Below the pieces are notes generated by a model. It had not been told where the DNA came from. It ran no database searches and worked only from the letters and a program-made list of their open reading frames with translations. The translations under genes and the position numbers were made by a program. 64,000 nucleotides of DNA from an uncultured Syntrophomonadaceae bacterium. GTDB lineage: Bacteria > Bacillota > Dethiobacteria > DTU022. Below, piece after piece: positions 40,399 to 50,781 of this stretch (position 1 is the stretch's first letter; each line of letters begins with the position of its first letter). The DNA is taken from contig CAYTXG010000010.1 in assembly GCA_964441025.1 (NCBI GenBank), positions 3,301 to 67,300 on the forward strand, read 5' to 3'.

Positions 40399-40884
40399 GT
40401 GGCGGAATTCGGGGAGATATATAACGCCTATTTTAAGGATATCTACCTCTATCTCTACAGCTTATCAGGCGACAGACATATCGCAGAGGATATCACTTCT
40501 GAAACATTTTTGAAGGCCCTTGAATCCATCGACGGCTTCCGGGGTAGCTGTGACCTCAGGGTATGGCTCTGCCAGATTGCCAAAAACAGCTACTTCTCTT
40601 ACCTGCGCAGGGAGAAGAAGTTTGTGGACATGGAAAAGATACCGGAAAAAGCCGCTGACCACGATGTAGAAAAAATAGCTATCCTCTCCGCAGAATCTCA
40701 GCAGGTTCACGATATCCTCCGTAATCTTGGCGAGCCCTACAAGGGAGTGTTTTCGCTGCGCCACTTTAATGAGTTAAGTTTTAAAAAAATTGCCGCCCTC
40801 TTCGGGAAAAGTGAAAACTGGGCTTGCGTGACCTACCACCGGGCCCGGAAGAAAATCAAAAAGCAGATGGAGGGGTACCGATGA
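40399..40884 (+). CDS. ECF-type RNA polymerase sigma-70 factor
   Basis: Region-2 and region-4 motifs are present. GTG 40399 follows AGGAGG with a 7-nt spacer. Confidence 0.75.
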   Translation: MAEFGEIYNAYFKDIYLYLYSLSGDRHIAEDITSETFLKALESIDGFRGSCDLRVWLCQIAKNSYFSYLRREKKFVDMEKIPEKAADHDVEKIAILSAESQQVHDILRNLGEPYKGVFSLRHFNELSFKKIAALFGKSENWACVTYHRARKKIKKQMEGYR

Positions 40885-41801
40885 AGATAACCTGCAATGT
40901 GATCAGAGACATTCTGCCCTTGTACGCGGAGAATATGGTCAGTGCGGATACGCGCAGGCTGGTGGAGGAGCATATCGCCTCCTGCCGGGATTGCAAAACC
41001 CATCTCGATGAAATGGGATTATCCACTGATCTGCCTTTGGATGTTGATACCGCCCCTTTAAGAAAAATAAAAATTACCTTGCGGAAAAATAAGCTCCACA
41101 TGGTTATCGCCGCGGTCATGTTTACCCTGGCTGCAGTTGTGGCTGCAGCTGTCTTCCTGACTGCACCAAGGTATATGCCTTACAGCGAAAACACTGTCAT
41201 CATAGAGAAAAAAGGCGACGGAACAGTGCTGGCCATGTTCAGCGAAGGGGTCTCCGGCTTCTATGCCGATCGCTCCACCGCCCAGATCGGTCCCGGCTAT
41301 TCCTACCATATTACCGCATGGGATAGCCTCTGGAACCGCTATATTTACAAAAATCCTCTGCGCAGCGCTGTTTTGAATGCTGATGGGGAAATTGTGGCCG
41401 CCGTTTATTACTACGACATTACCCGCAGGGTTGGCCCTGTCATTTCTGACGGAGCTTTTGATATCTTAATTTACGGCCAAAACCAGACTCCCAATGGCGG
41501 CGTGGCCACCCTGCCCAGGCTAGTTCTGGCATACTACGCCTTTTTTGCTCTGATCCTGGTGTTACTGTGCGCTATAGCCGCCTATCTGTTCCGCCGCCAT
41601 GCAAAAGCAGGAAAGGCCTTTCAAAAAACACTTCTATTGCCGCTTGCCTACCTCTTGGCCGGCCTGTGCATTAAAGGTTTTAACTTTGCATCATATTCGG
41701 CCACGCGTGACTTCCTTGCCATTCTGCTCCTGACGATACCGCTCTACATCCTTTTACTTTCCGGCACCTTCCTGATTAAAGAATATAGAAGGATTTCATG
41801 A
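40881..41801 (+). CDS. Membrane-anchored anti-sigma factor with N-terminal zinc-finger (zf-HC2) domain
   Basis: Motif H-x3-C-x2-C (EEHIASCRDCKTH), then TM helices. ATGA overlaps the sigma gene stop. Confidence 0.7.
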   Translation: MKITCNVIRDILPLYAENMVSADTRRLVEEHIASCRDCKTHLDEMGLSTDLPLDVDTAPLRKIKITLRKNKLHMVIAAVMFTLAAVVAAAVFLTAPRYMPYSENTVIIEKKGDGTVLAMFSEGVSGFYADRSTAQIGPGYSYHITAWDSLWNRYIYKNPLRSAVLNADGEIVAAVYYYDITRRVGPVISDGAFDILIYGQNQTPNGGVATLPRLVLAYYAFFALILVLLCAIAAYLFRRHAKAGKAFQKTLLLPLAYLLAGLCIKGFNFASYSATRDFLAILLLTIPLYILLLSGTFLIKEYRRIS

Positions 41802-42235
41802 ACCGGTAAGCCGGGGGGATGCTGCTCAGACTATTTTAGTTGACATTGGCGCCCGGCCTTGATGCCAACTGCCTTTTCAAAGTTCCGGATGCGGCAGGAT
41901 ATTTTATGCTATATGTTTAATAATAATAGTGCAGTGAAGATTCAGCCGCAGTTTTTCCCAAAGGGCGGCACAGAACCCTAAGCGTTATCCCAACATATAA
42001 TTGCTTGCCAGGAATCAGGCGAAATTGTGATGAAGACGGGACCCCATGCTTTTGCAATCTTACTCCGGCACCCTTTAGTCGTTCATGGTTAAATTTATAT
42101 TATCCATGGTGTTATGGCTGGTGAGATGATCAGTTTCTGCTGTCTCTACAGGGAGAAAGGGGGGATGCGGTGAAACCTGGCGGCGAGATCTGAAGCGCAT
42201 CTGTTCAACGAAGAAAAAGAATGGAGGTTGCTGGA

Positions 42236-43414
42236 ATGGCGGATATGGCTAAGCTTGCTGAGGAGAGGAAGAGAAGATACCTGGCGGCGCTGAATCTGGA
42301 AAAGCCGGACAGGGTTCCCATTCGCTTGAATTTTTCCGGGGAGTTTATCACCAGGGTGGCGGGCTATACATTTCAGGAGACCTACTATGATTGGGATAAA
42401 AACACCGATGCCACCAGGAAGATGCTCCAAAAGATAGAGGGCCTGGAAATGGTTATAGGGGGAGCCAACCTGTGGTGGGCCACCCTGCATGATGCCGTCG
42501 GTGCAAAGTACCTCAAATTCGCGGGCCGGGATCTCGATGTCGAGACCATGTTTCAGTATGTGGAAGAGGCCTACATGCTTCCCGAGGATTACGATGATTT
42601 CATCGCCAACCCCACGGAGTGGATCGCCACCAAATACCTGCCGCGAATTCATACGGAGCTGGCCGAGCCCGGCTCGTACCGCGCCACAATGGGCCTGATC
42701 AAAGGCGCTTTCGGGCTGGCCAACCAGTTTGCCGCCGGCGGGCAGGCGACAGCTTCCTATTTGCAGGAATTTGGGGTGATCCCTTCAATTGTAGGTATTA
42801 CCAAAGCACCCTTTGACACGCTGGCCGATACGCTGCGCGGGCTTTCGGGGATCATGATGGATCTTTACCACCGCCCCGACAAGGTTAAGAAAGCGCTGGA
42901 GGTGCTGGTGCCGCACAACATCTTTTACGGCATGGCCACGGCCCAGGGTGATACCGATTTTCCCGCGTTCATGCCGCTGCACCGCGGAGCCTATCCCTTT
43001 ATGAAGATGGAGCAGTGGGTGGAGTTCTACTGGCCCACGTTGAAACAGGTGATCGAAGGGCTGTGGAGCAACGGCAAAAGAACCATGTTCTACGCTGAGA
43101 ACATCTGGACGCCCTACCTGGAGAAAATTGCCGAGCTTCCCGACAAGAGCATCGTTTTTCATGTTGATCAGACCGACATGGATAAAGCCTACAAAGTCCT
43201 GGGCGGCAGGTTCTGCCTGAGCGGCAATGTGCCCAATTCCATGCTCGCTTTCGGCAAACCGGAAGAGATCAAGGAATATGTCAAGCAGCTTCTGGACAAA
43301 TATGCGCGGGACGGCGGCTTTATCATCGATGCCGGCGCGGTGATTTTAGATGATGCCAGGGAAGAGAATATCCGCGCCCTCATTGAAGCCGTTCATGAAT
43401 ATGGAGTCTATTAA
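42236..43414 (+). CDS. Uroporphyrinogen-decarboxylase-family methyltransferase (MtaA/CmuA/O-demethylase MT type)
   Basis: URO-D-like fold. GGAGG lies 7 nt upstream of ATG 42236. A corrinoid protein gene lies downstream. Confidence 0.65.
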   Translation: MADMAKLAEERKRRYLAALNLEKPDRVPIRLNFSGEFITRVAGYTFQETYYDWDKNTDATRKMLQKIEGLEMVIGGANLWWATLHDAVGAKYLKFAGRDLDVETMFQYVEEAYMLPEDYDDFIANPTEWIATKYLPRIHTELAEPGSYRATMGLIKGAFGLANQFAAGGQATASYLQEFGVIPSIVGITKAPFDTLADTLRGLSGIMMDLYHRPDKVKKALEVLVPHNIFYGMATAQGDTDFPAFMPLHRGAYPFMKMEQWVEFYWPTLKQVIEGLWSNGKRTMFYAENIWTPYLEKIAELPDKSIVFHVDQTDMDKAYKVLGGRFCLSGNVPNSMLAFGKPEEIKEYVKQLLDKYARDGGFIIDAGAVILDDAREENIRALIEAVHEYGVY

Positions 43415-43435
43415 TCAACACTGGAGGGTAGTTAA

Positions 43436-43606
43436 ATGAGTAAAAGCCTGATGTTTAAAAATCTGCCTCCGGCAGTCAGTGTGCCCTGGGAAGTGAAGGC
43501 AAAGGAGTTGGGGGAGATTAAGGGCGACGCCGGGCTCATCCAGCAGGAATGGGAGAAGCTTGATCTCTTTGGCTATCTCTATGTATGGAACTGGGTCCAG
43601 CGCTGA
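43436..43606 (+). CDS. Small hypothetical protein (56 aa) between the methyltransferase and corrinoid protein
   Basis: A strong RBS (GGAGGG, 7-nt spacer) precedes it. It is not in the ORF track because it is under 60 aa. It has no recognisable domain. Confidence 0.4.
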   Translation: MSKSLMFKNLPPAVSVPWEVKAKELGEIKGDAGLIQQEWEKLDLFGYLYVWNWVQR

Positions 43607-43657
43607 ACCTGTTGTCGGCCGAATTCATTTACGTTAAAAGGGAGGATTAACGGACAA

Positions 43658-44284
43658 ATGGGTAAGGATGAGCTGGCCGGCGCCATTGCCGGTCTGGATC
43701 GTGATAAAGTGTTCTCCCTGGTCAATGAGCAGCTGCAAGCCGGGAACGAAGCCATGCAGATCATCCACAGCTTGCAAAAAGGGATGACCGGGGTGGGCGA
43801 TCTTTTTGAAAAAGGTGAGTTCTTCATCAGTGAGCTCATTCTCTGCGGTGAAATAATGAAAGAGGCGATGGAGCTGTTGGAGCCCAAACTTGCAGCAGGC
43901 GGCCGCGAATACCGCGGTACTATCGTCATCGGCACCGTCAAGGGCGACATCCATGATCTGGGCAAAAATATTGTGATCATGCTGCTGAAAGGCGCCGGAT
44001 ACAAGGTTGTTGACCTGGGGGTGGATGTGGCTCCGGAGAAATTTGTCCAGTCGGCGGGAGAGACTAAGAGCCCCCTGGTGGCCATGAGCATGCTGCTGAC
44101 TTCGGCCATGGCCACAATGAAAGAGTGCGTGGAGGCGGTAAAACAGTCGGGCCTGGATGTCAAAGTGCTCATCGGCGGCCCCATCATTGATGACAAAGTG
44201 ATGGAGTTCAGCGGCGCCGATTACGGCAGCACCCTGGCCAGCGACGCCGCGAAGATTGCCGAAAAGGTTTTCGGGGCCGCCTAG
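43658..44284 (+). CDS. Corrinoid (cobalamin-binding) protein, MtaC/MtbC-like
   Basis: B12-binding motif GDIHDLGKN, Rossmann-like B12 domain and an N-terminal cap helix. Confidence 0.8.
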   Translation: MGKDELAGAIAGLDRDKVFSLVNEQLQAGNEAMQIIHSLQKGMTGVGDLFEKGEFFISELILCGEIMKEAMELLEPKLAAGGREYRGTIVIGTVKGDIHDLGKNIVIMLLKGAGYKVVDLGVDVAPEKFVQSAGETKSPLVAMSMLLTSAMATMKECVEAVKQSGLDVKVLIGGPIIDDKVMEFSGADYGSTLASDAAKIAEKVFGAA

Positions 44285-44298
44285 AAAAGATATCCCTT

Positions 44299-44505
44299 GT
44301 GAGAAAAAAAAGATTCGAGCTCACTGCCATGGGCACCATCATCGAGGGCGACCTGGACCTGATCCTGGCCCTGGCCCGCCGCCTGCACGAAGCCCCCTTC
44401 AAGCAGGGCGCCGCCCGGGTCACCACCACCATCCGCATCGATGACCGCCGGGATAAAGCCGGCTCCATTGCCGGTAAAATAAAAGCAGTGCAAGAAAAGC
44501 TGTAA
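44299..44505 (+). pseudogene. MTH1187/YkoF-family (UPF0045) protein, N-terminally truncated fragment
   Basis: The 68-aa ORF starts at GTG and matches only the C-terminal two thirds of the family (LTAMGTIIEGDLD...IDDRRDK...GKIKAV). The first ~30 residues of the fold are missing. Confidence 0.4.
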
Positions 44506-44575
44506 GGGATATTCCCCGGCTTTAGAGGCGGTCCTGAAAACCGATGGGGCAGCCCAAATGCAGGGGTTTGATTGT

Positions 44576-44601
44576 GGGGGCGGGCTCCCAAACCCGCCCC
44601 C
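44576..44601. terminator. GC-rich stem-loop between convergent genes
   Basis: GGGGGCGGG-ctcccaaa-CCCGCCCCC; there is no clear U-tract. Confidence 0.35.
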
Positions 44602-44657
44602 CGCTATCGGAAATAAGCTTACCGGTAAGTTGCGACAGAGCTTTGCCGAAAATCCCG

Positions 44658-45281
44658 TTATCTGCCGCCGCTCCTCTTGTAGGTAATGCCGGAGCGCACG
44701 GCATAGAACAGCGTGAAAATAAAAGCGAAAATAAGGGCGAGGGCGGGAAGTCCCCTGAGCAGGGCAAAGGGGGTCTCCAGGAGAAAAGCGCTCCAGAAAT
44801 CTGACGCTGTTTTCTCCCACAGCCCCGGGGTCTGGTAAAAGAGCCTGGGATCCAGTAATGCCCCGGGTTTAACGGCTCCGCAGGCCAGCATGGCAGCTAC
44901 CAGCGGTGCCAGGGCGCCGGCCATCGCCGAATAGAGGTTGGACAACCTCCGGTAACGCCCTGCCTTTGAAGCCTCATCGGAGAAGATGTCATCACCGGCG
45001 CTGTTGTTAATTCTTTTGAAATACTGTGCGCCCGAGTTTTTGCTGCCGCCGATGTGCCTCCAGCCGCTGTCCTCAAAAAGGACTTTGTAGTCTTCAAAAT
45101 CAGCCCCGCTTTTAAAAGTGCGGTAGTCGATCCGGATCAGGGCATCTTCGGGTTCGGAACGGCGAAATTGGTAGATGCCTGGAAAACTCCTGGAAACAAG
45201 CTCATATCCCTGCCCGGCCATTGCAGCCAGCCATCTCTCTTCCCTGTCAAAATCGTAGAAGAACCTCCGCTTCTTAATCAT
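44658..45281 (-). CDS. DUF2812 domain membrane protein (PadR-associated)
   Basis: The N-terminus matches DUF2812 (FFYDFDREERWLAAMAGQGYELV). It overlaps the upstream PadR gene. Confidence 0.7.
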   Translation of the reverse strand: MIKKRRFFYDFDREERWLAAMAGQGYELVSRSFPGIYQFRRSEPEDALIRIDYRTFKSGADFEDYKVLFEDSGWRHIGGSKNSGAQYFKRINNSAGDDIFSDEASKAGRYRRLSNLYSAMAGALAPLVAAMLACGAVKPGALLDPRLFYQTPGLWEKTASDFWSAFLLETPFALLRGLPALALIFAFIFTLFYAVRSGITYKRSGGR

Positions 45282-45600
45282 GCCGCCCCTCCTTTACCAG
45301 ATCCCTGGTCAGTGCAGTCATCTGCTCCATACGCCTGCAATCCTCCATCAGGATTTTCCTCCCCTGCGCGGTAGTCCGGTAGACCTTGCGGCGGGGATCA
45401 TCGCTTTCCACCGGTGAGATCAGCTTCCTTCCCGCCAGATTCTCAAAAGCGCCGTACAGCGTGCCCGCCGCAATCCTGACCTGGCCCCTGCTTAGCTCTT
45501 CCACCTTCTGCATCACGGCATAGCCGTGGGAGGGCTCCAGCAGGGCCAGCAAGATGTAGTAGGCGGTCTCCGTCAGCGGCAGCAGCTTGCTCCTCTTCAT
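45274..45600 (-). CDS. PadR family transcriptional regulator
   Basis: Winged helix YYILLALLEPSHGYAVMQKVEELSRGQVRIAAGTLY. Confidence 0.85.
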   Translation of the reverse strand: MKRSKLLPLTETAYYILLALLEPSHGYAVMQKVEELSRGQVRIAAGTLYGAFENLAGRKLISPVESDDPRRKVYRTTAQGRKILMEDCRRMEQMTALTRDLVKEGRHD

Positions 45601-45704
45601 CTGCAGCCTCCTTCCTATAAAGTTAAACTGTATAGTTAGATTATATATAGCAACACTGTATATGTCAACACAAATTTTTTAATCATGTTTTCAGGGGATG
45701 GGGC

Positions 45705-45971
45705 ATGGAGACGGTTCTTGGCAATGTCGACATGGCGCCCACGGCTGCGCTGAACGTCACGGGCGTTATTGCGCCGCAGGCGGACTTTGCCGCCGTTCAG
45801 GGGGTGCTCACGCAAGCGGTTTTCAGCCTTGCCTTTTCCCGGGAATACATGAAAGAGGCAATGGACCATATCCGGGCGACCGGCGAGGCCGCCCTTGCAG
45901 ACAATGCTGCCAGACAGGCGGTGTACGATGCGGCCAATGCTGCATGGGATGCCTACATACGGGGAGATTGA
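45705..45971 (+). CDS. Hypothetical small Ala-rich protein
   Basis: 88-aa ORF after GGGGATGGGG; the stop abuts a REP. No recognisable domain. Confidence 0.35.
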   Translation: METVLGNVDMAPTAALNVTGVIAPQADFAAVQGVLTQAVFSLAFSREYMKEAMDHIRATGEAALADNAARQAVYDAANAAWDAYIRGD

Positions 45972-45980
45972 TATCATCAA

Positions 45981-46009
45981 TGAGTCAAAGTCACCGTCCC
46001 CTTGACTCA
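45981..46009. repeat. REP-like element, inverted orientation
   Basis: Exact consensus reverse complement. It overlaps the yhaN stop region. Confidence 0.9.
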
Positions 46010-49000
46010 CTGACGGCTCAGGGTGATTACCTTGCTCCGGGGGGCGGTTTTTTGGGCCAGCCCCACAAGGCTCCGGTGGTGTGTAAAGAAAAGAACCTGG
46101 GTCCGCGCTGCAAACTCATCTAGAACTTTCAGGGTTTCGGCAGCCCTGGGATCATCAAAGTTTACCAGGAGGTCATCCAGGATAAAGGGAAGGGGCTCCC
46201 TTTGCTCCAGGAACCTCTCCAGGCTGGCCAGGCGCAGGCTCAGGTAGAGCTGATCCAGTGTGCCGTCGCTCATGCCTTCAACAGTCACCCTGTTATTGGC
46301 CGGACGCACGCCCTGCAGGATGGGATTATCCTTCTCATCGAAATCGATCTCAAGCCCACTGAAAGAGCCCCCTGTCAGGCGGGCAAAGAGCTTCCCGGCC
46401 AGCCGGATCACAGGGCTCTGGTTTTCCTCCCGGTAACGGTCGATGCTCCGGCGCAGAACAATGGAAGCCAGGCGCAGGCGCAGATATTGTTCAGTCTGTG
46501 TCCTCAGTTCAGCCAGCAGGCCCTGGGCCTCCTCCGCCGTCTCCAGCGCCTCCATGCTGCTGCCCTCGATCTTCTCCCTGTACCTGCTCTCAGTGATCCC
46601 GAAGGTGCGGTTCAGCTCATCCTGAGCCAGCCGGTTCCCGGCCAGCTCCTTTTCGATCTCTTCCAGCTTTCCGCGCAGGGTATCCCCGTCAACCCCCCTG
46701 GTTTCCTCTATGACCTTCTCCAGTGACAGCCCGCCGCCGTGGGAAAGCAACTGCTTTTCCAGATTGTCCAGTTCCCGGAGCAGCTCTTTTTGACGCTCCG
46801 TTTTCTCAATTACCTCCGGCAGCTCCCGCTCTTCGCTGCAGTGAGCCTGCTGCAGCAGTGCCTTTAGCTCCGACTCTGCTTCCGCCAGCTCATCTTCAGA
46901 TCTTTGGAGGCTCTTTTTCACCCGTTCGATCTGCACCAGCAAACTATCCTTTTTATCTTTGCTCCGAAGAGCCTCGCTCACCTGCCCCTGCAGCTGCACA
47001 GCGGCATAGTCCGCGGGCATCTCGATCAGATGGGGGGCCAGTTTTGTCACCAGCTTCTGCAGGCGCTCTTCAAAATCAACCATATATTTTTTGGCCCCAT
47101 CACGCTCCACCTGCCTGCGCTTCAGCTCTTCTTTCTTCTGGAAAAACCCTTCCAGCAATTTCAGATAGGCTGTTGCCGCTTTTACAGTGGTCCCTTCAGG
47201 AAGACCCGCTGTTGCCAGGATCGGGGCCCATTTTCCCCGCCAGTCAATAAGAGCGTTTTCTGCTTCATGATCGTGCCGCCGGGCGCTCTCCAGATCTTCC
47301 TCTATTTTCCCATACGTTTCCACGGCACTCTGCAGCTTTCTGGCTCTCTCGAGATGCTGTTCGGAGATCTCCTGAGCCCTGTCAAGCAGCGCTTCCAGGT
47401 TCTCCCCATCCTTTGCCCCCGCCTCGCCTGTTTTAAGCAGCTCCCGGTCAAGCTCTTCCCTGCAGGCGGCAATGCTTTGCGCTAACTCCTTTTCCCGCCT
47501 GCCGGAGTCGTTCAACTGCTCCAGCCCGCCCAGTATTTCCTGGCAGCGCTGCAGCCAGGCCAGCATCTCCGGGGGCGTCAGCGGAGTGAACTCACAGTTC
47601 TCCCAGAGGGCGGCCCATCTTTTGACCAGCTCTTCCTTCTCCGCAACCTTTTCTCTTTTTTCTGCAGAGAGCCGCTCCAGCTCCTGGCGGCACCGCTTTA
47701 TTTCTTCTTGCAAAAGGGCTGCCCGCTCCAGCTGCCCCGCCTCGTGGCGGAGCCGGTCCGCCAGGGTATCGGCCCGGGCGACACTCCGTTCATAGGCCAG
47801 GTGAAGGGGATATCCGGCACAGAAAGACTGCTCCTCTTTTTCATCGCGCTTCCCCTCAAGCCAGGCCCGGCGGACCAGATGCCAGCCCCACTGACGGTTT
47901 TTTCTGGCCTCTTCCAGTCGTTCCTCCCCGGCCCCGCCGCCCGCCTCTTCGCCGGCCAGCTGCTCCCGGTAACCCGCCAGTTTCTCTTCCTCTTTGGCCG
48001 TACTGTCATCAATCCGATCCAGCCGGTTCTGCAGCTTCTTAAAATTTGCTTCAAAGGTGCGCACTGTCTCCTCCAGGGGCAGCGGCAGCTGGGGCAGCTG
48101 CTGCAATGTGCCTTCCCAGGGAGCCAGGGCAATGAGCCTGTCCCTCAGTTTCTGCTCTGCAGCCGCCATTCCGGAGCGAATATTTGCCAGCTCGCTTTCC
48201 AGGCTGCCTTTTTTTCGCACCCTGTTCAGGGCCTTGTTGAGCCCGCTAACATCCTTTTGGGAGCCGCAGCTCTCTTTTTCCGCAGCCTGTCTCTCCAGGT
48301 CCCACTGCAGCTTTTTTACCCGCTCCTGACTGCGGGTGCGCTCCTGTGCCAGCAGCGGGTATTTTTCAGCCAGGTGGTTCATCTCTTCAATGGCGGCAAT
48401 GGGCAGCCTTAATGTCTCCGCCTGCTCCAGGGCGGTAAAAGAGGGTTGCACCCGGCGCAGCAGAGCCGCGGCTTCATGTTCAAGGCCGGCGATTTCCCCC
48501 TCCAGTGAGGGGACTTTTTCCCTGTAATTGCGGTATGTATCCAGCCGCTCCTGCAAGGTGGAGATCTCCCCGGCATACTCTAAAAGCCCTCCGGGAATAA
48601 CGATACTCTCCAATTCCGCCCTCAAGCCCTTCATCTCTTCTCCTGCTCTTTTCCCGTCCCGGGCGGCATCATTGCGCCTGCCTGTGAGCACCTGGTACCT
48701 CTCTTTAAAACCGGGGGAGAGCTGGGGAAGGCGCCCCAGCACCGCAATTTCCTTCTTGTTTTCATCCCGCCCGGCAACAAGGGGCAGCGTCTTCGTCAGC
48801 CGCCCGGTGCGGGCTTTATCTTTGAGCAGGCCTTTTTCAAGGTTTTTCAGCTGTTCCACCTTTTTCTTCTGATACAGGTAATCCTCTTCGAGCTCGCGCC
48901 ATTTGCGGGGCGCCAGGGAGAGCTCGGCAATTTTTCTCTTCTTCTCGGTATAGCTCTTGATGTTGGTATTTATCAGCGGCCTGCTCCCCGCCGGTTTAAA

Positions 49001-49513
49001 AAGATCGCCCGCCTCCCCTTCCAGCTTTTGAAGGAGCTCGCGCATGCCTCCCATGCCGGAGGCAGCCTCAAAAAGCGCCTCCCCAAGGGCGCCTTTTCCC
49101 TGCAGCAGCTCTTTTCCTCCCCGGCGCAGGCTCTCATGATTCATCCCGAACATCAGGGCAAAAGCCTCCCGATCAATGGCGCCCAGAAAGCGCTGCAAAA
49201 CATCCTCCTCCACCGGAAGGCCTTCCGCATCCAGCAACGTGTTCTTCCTTCCCTTGCGCCGCGTTAACCTCAGCTCCTGCCCCTTGGCGGTTTCAAGGAC
49301 TGCCGATATACGCAGATCGCCGGCGGGATGGAAGTAAGCATCGGTACTTCTAAAGGGGATACCGTACAAAAAATCCCGAATGGCGCGAAGAACAGTGGAC
49401 TTGCCCGCCTCATTTAAACCGTAAATCAGGGTCAGGCCACCGTCCCCGGCCAGATCAATCCTGAAATCGCTGAATAAACCGAAGGCCACCAGGTTGAGCT
49501 CTTGAATTTTCAT
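46007..49513 (-). CDS. yhaN: SbcC/Rad50-like AAA ATPase with long coiled coil (YhaN-like)
   Basis: N-terminal Walker A GLNEAGKST, ~900 aa of coiled coil, and a C-terminal signature/Walker B (LDDLLVNFD). It overlaps yhaO by 4 nt. Confidence 0.8.
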   Translation of the reverse strand: MKIQELNLVAFGLFSDFRIDLAGDGGLTLIYGLNEAGKSTVLRAIRDFLYGIPFRSTDAYFHPAGDLRISAVLETAKGQELRLTRRKGRKNTLLDAEGLPVEEDVLQRFLGAIDREAFALMFGMNHESLRRGGKELLQGKGALGEALFEAASGMGGMRELLQKLEGEAGDLFKPAGSRPLINTNIKSYTEKKRKIAELSLAPRKWRELEEDYLYQKKKVEQLKNLEKGLLKDKARTGRLTKTLPLVAGRDENKKEIAVLGRLPQLSPGFKERYQVLTGRRNDAARDGKRAGEEMKGLRAELESIVIPGGLLEYAGEISTLQERLDTYRNYREKVPSLEGEIAGLEHEAAALLRRVQPSFTALEQAETLRLPIAAIEEMNHLAEKYPLLAQERTRSQERVKKLQWDLERQAAEKESCGSQKDVSGLNKALNRVRKKGSLESELANIRSGMAAAEQKLRDRLIALAPWEGTLQQLPQLPLPLEETVRTFEANFKKLQNRLDRIDDSTAKEEEKLAGYREQLAGEEAGGGAGEERLEEARKNRQWGWHLVRRAWLEGKRDEKEEQSFCAGYPLHLAYERSVARADTLADRLRHEAGQLERAALLQEEIKRCRQELERLSAEKREKVAEKEELVKRWAALWENCEFTPLTPPEMLAWLQRCQEILGGLEQLNDSGRREKELAQSIAACREELDRELLKTGEAGAKDGENLEALLDRAQEISEQHLERARKLQSAVETYGKIEEDLESARRHDHEAENALIDWRGKWAPILATAGLPEGTTVKAATAYLKLLEGFFQKKEELKRRQVERDGAKKYMVDFEERLQKLVTKLAPHLIEMPADYAAVQLQGQVSEALRSKDKKDSLLVQIERVKKSLQRSEDELAEAESELKALLQQAHCSEERELPEVIEKTERQKELLRELDNLEKQLLSHGGGLSLEKVIEETRGVDGDTLRGKLEEIEKELAGNRLAQDELNRTFGITESRYREKIEGSSMEALETAEEAQGLLAELRTQTEQYLRLRLASIVLRRSIDRYREENQSPVIRLAGKLFARLTGGSFSGLEIDFDEKDNPILQGVRPANNRVTVEGMSDGTLDQLYLSLRLASLERFLEQREPLPFILDDLLVNFDDPRAAETLKVLDEFAARTQVLFFTHHRSLVGLAQKTAPRSKVITLSRQ

Positions 49514-50781
49514 CTTGAATCCGGCTCCTTTTCCAGGAGTCGGGAGAGAATCAGCTCTTCCGCCTCGGGCAGAAGCGCTTGCAGATATCCGGGATCTGCC
49601 GGATCCATCTCCCCTTTGACAAAGATGTCGGCAGGCAGCGCATTCCGGTCGCGCTGCAGCTCCGAGACAAGCTCTTCCAGCAGCTTTTCATCGCTGCTGA
49701 ATTCGCAGGCATACTGCAGCAAAGCGGCCAGGGGGCTTCCCGGCTCTATATCTTTCGCCGCACTCCCGGGCGCAGTCTTCAGCTGCACCTTTTCCACCCA
49801 GGCGCTGTCAGGCCCGCTTTCGGCAGCCAGCGAACGCAGATCCCCGTAGAGGCGGTCGCGTTTGCCCGCCAATTTGTGGTGAATGCCACCGGCGCCGGTA
49901 AAAACCAGGCGCAGGGCCAAAAGGCGCCCCTCGCTCCGGGCCAGCGCCTGATCAATGCTATTTTGAGCTGCCTCCAAAACCTGGTCATATGAGTGCAGCT
50001 CACCCACATCCACCCGGCAGAGATGCCAGCGCAAAACATCCAGCATCCTCTGCTCGGTGCTCCCTATTTGCCCCTCCCGGACCCGGACCAGCAGGCAGCC
50101 CTTGGCCCCGCTTTCCCTGATATGGCGGCCCTGGGTATTCCCCGGGAAAACAATCCAGGGTTCCTCGCTGATAACCTCTTTTTTATGGACATGGCCCAGG
50201 GCCCAGTAGCTGTAACCCTTGTTTTTCAGGTATCCGATGTCGCAGGGAGCATAGCTGTCATGCCCCTCCCTGCCGGTGGCGCAGGTATGGAGCAGGCCGA
50301 TATTGAAATAGCCCTGCAGCGGCTCGGGATACTGCCGGGAGAGGTCGTCAAGGACCGCCGGTTTAGGGAAGCCCCGGCCGTGAACGGCCACGCCCAGCTC
50401 CTCCAATATTTTTGTCTCGGGATGTTCCGTGGAAAGGTCGCAGACATTGTCGGGCAGGCGCAGCTGGCGGGTAATCTGGCTGGCTGCATCATGGTTCCCG
50501 CGAACAAGAAAGAGTTTTATGCCTGCCTCCCTGAGCCTGGCTGCCTGCGAGGTGAAAAAGAGCCCGGTGTTGGAGTCGCGCCAGTCGCCGTCGTAAAGAT
50601 CGCCGGCTATAAGTAAAAATTTCGCCTCTTCTTCCAGGGCCAGATCCACCAGGTTTCTGAAGGCCCGGCGCGTCGCCCCCCGGACATATTCCACCGGGGC
50701 TCCCTCGTAACGCTCCAGCCCCAAAAGAGGGCTGTCCAGATGAATATCGGCGGCGTGGATAAAGGTAAAGCCCGTCATCAC
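49510..50781 (-). CDS. yhaO: SbcD/Mre11-like metallophosphoesterase DNA repair exonuclease (YhaO-like)
   Basis: Calcineurin-like motifs (FIHAADIHLD, GDLYD, GNHD). Confidence 0.8.
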   Translation of the reverse strand: MMTGFTFIHAADIHLDSPLLGLERYEGAPVEYVRGATRRAFRNLVDLALEEEAKFLLIAGDLYDGDWRDSNTGLFFTSQAARLREAGIKLFLVRGNHDAASQITRQLRLPDNVCDLSTEHPETKILEELGVAVHGRGFPKPAVLDDLSRQYPEPLQGYFNIGLLHTCATGREGHDSYAPCDIGYLKNKGYSYWALGHVHKKEVISEEPWIVFPGNTQGRHIRESGAKGCLLVRVREGQIGSTEQRMLDVLRWHLCRVDVGELHSYDQVLEAAQNSIDQALARSEGRLLALRLVFTGAGGIHHKLAGKRDRLYGDLRSLAAESGPDSAWVEKVQLKTAPGSAAKDIEPGSPLAALLQYACEFSSDEKLLEELVSELQRDRNALPADIFVKGEMDPADPGYLQALLPEAEELILSRLLEKEPDSR

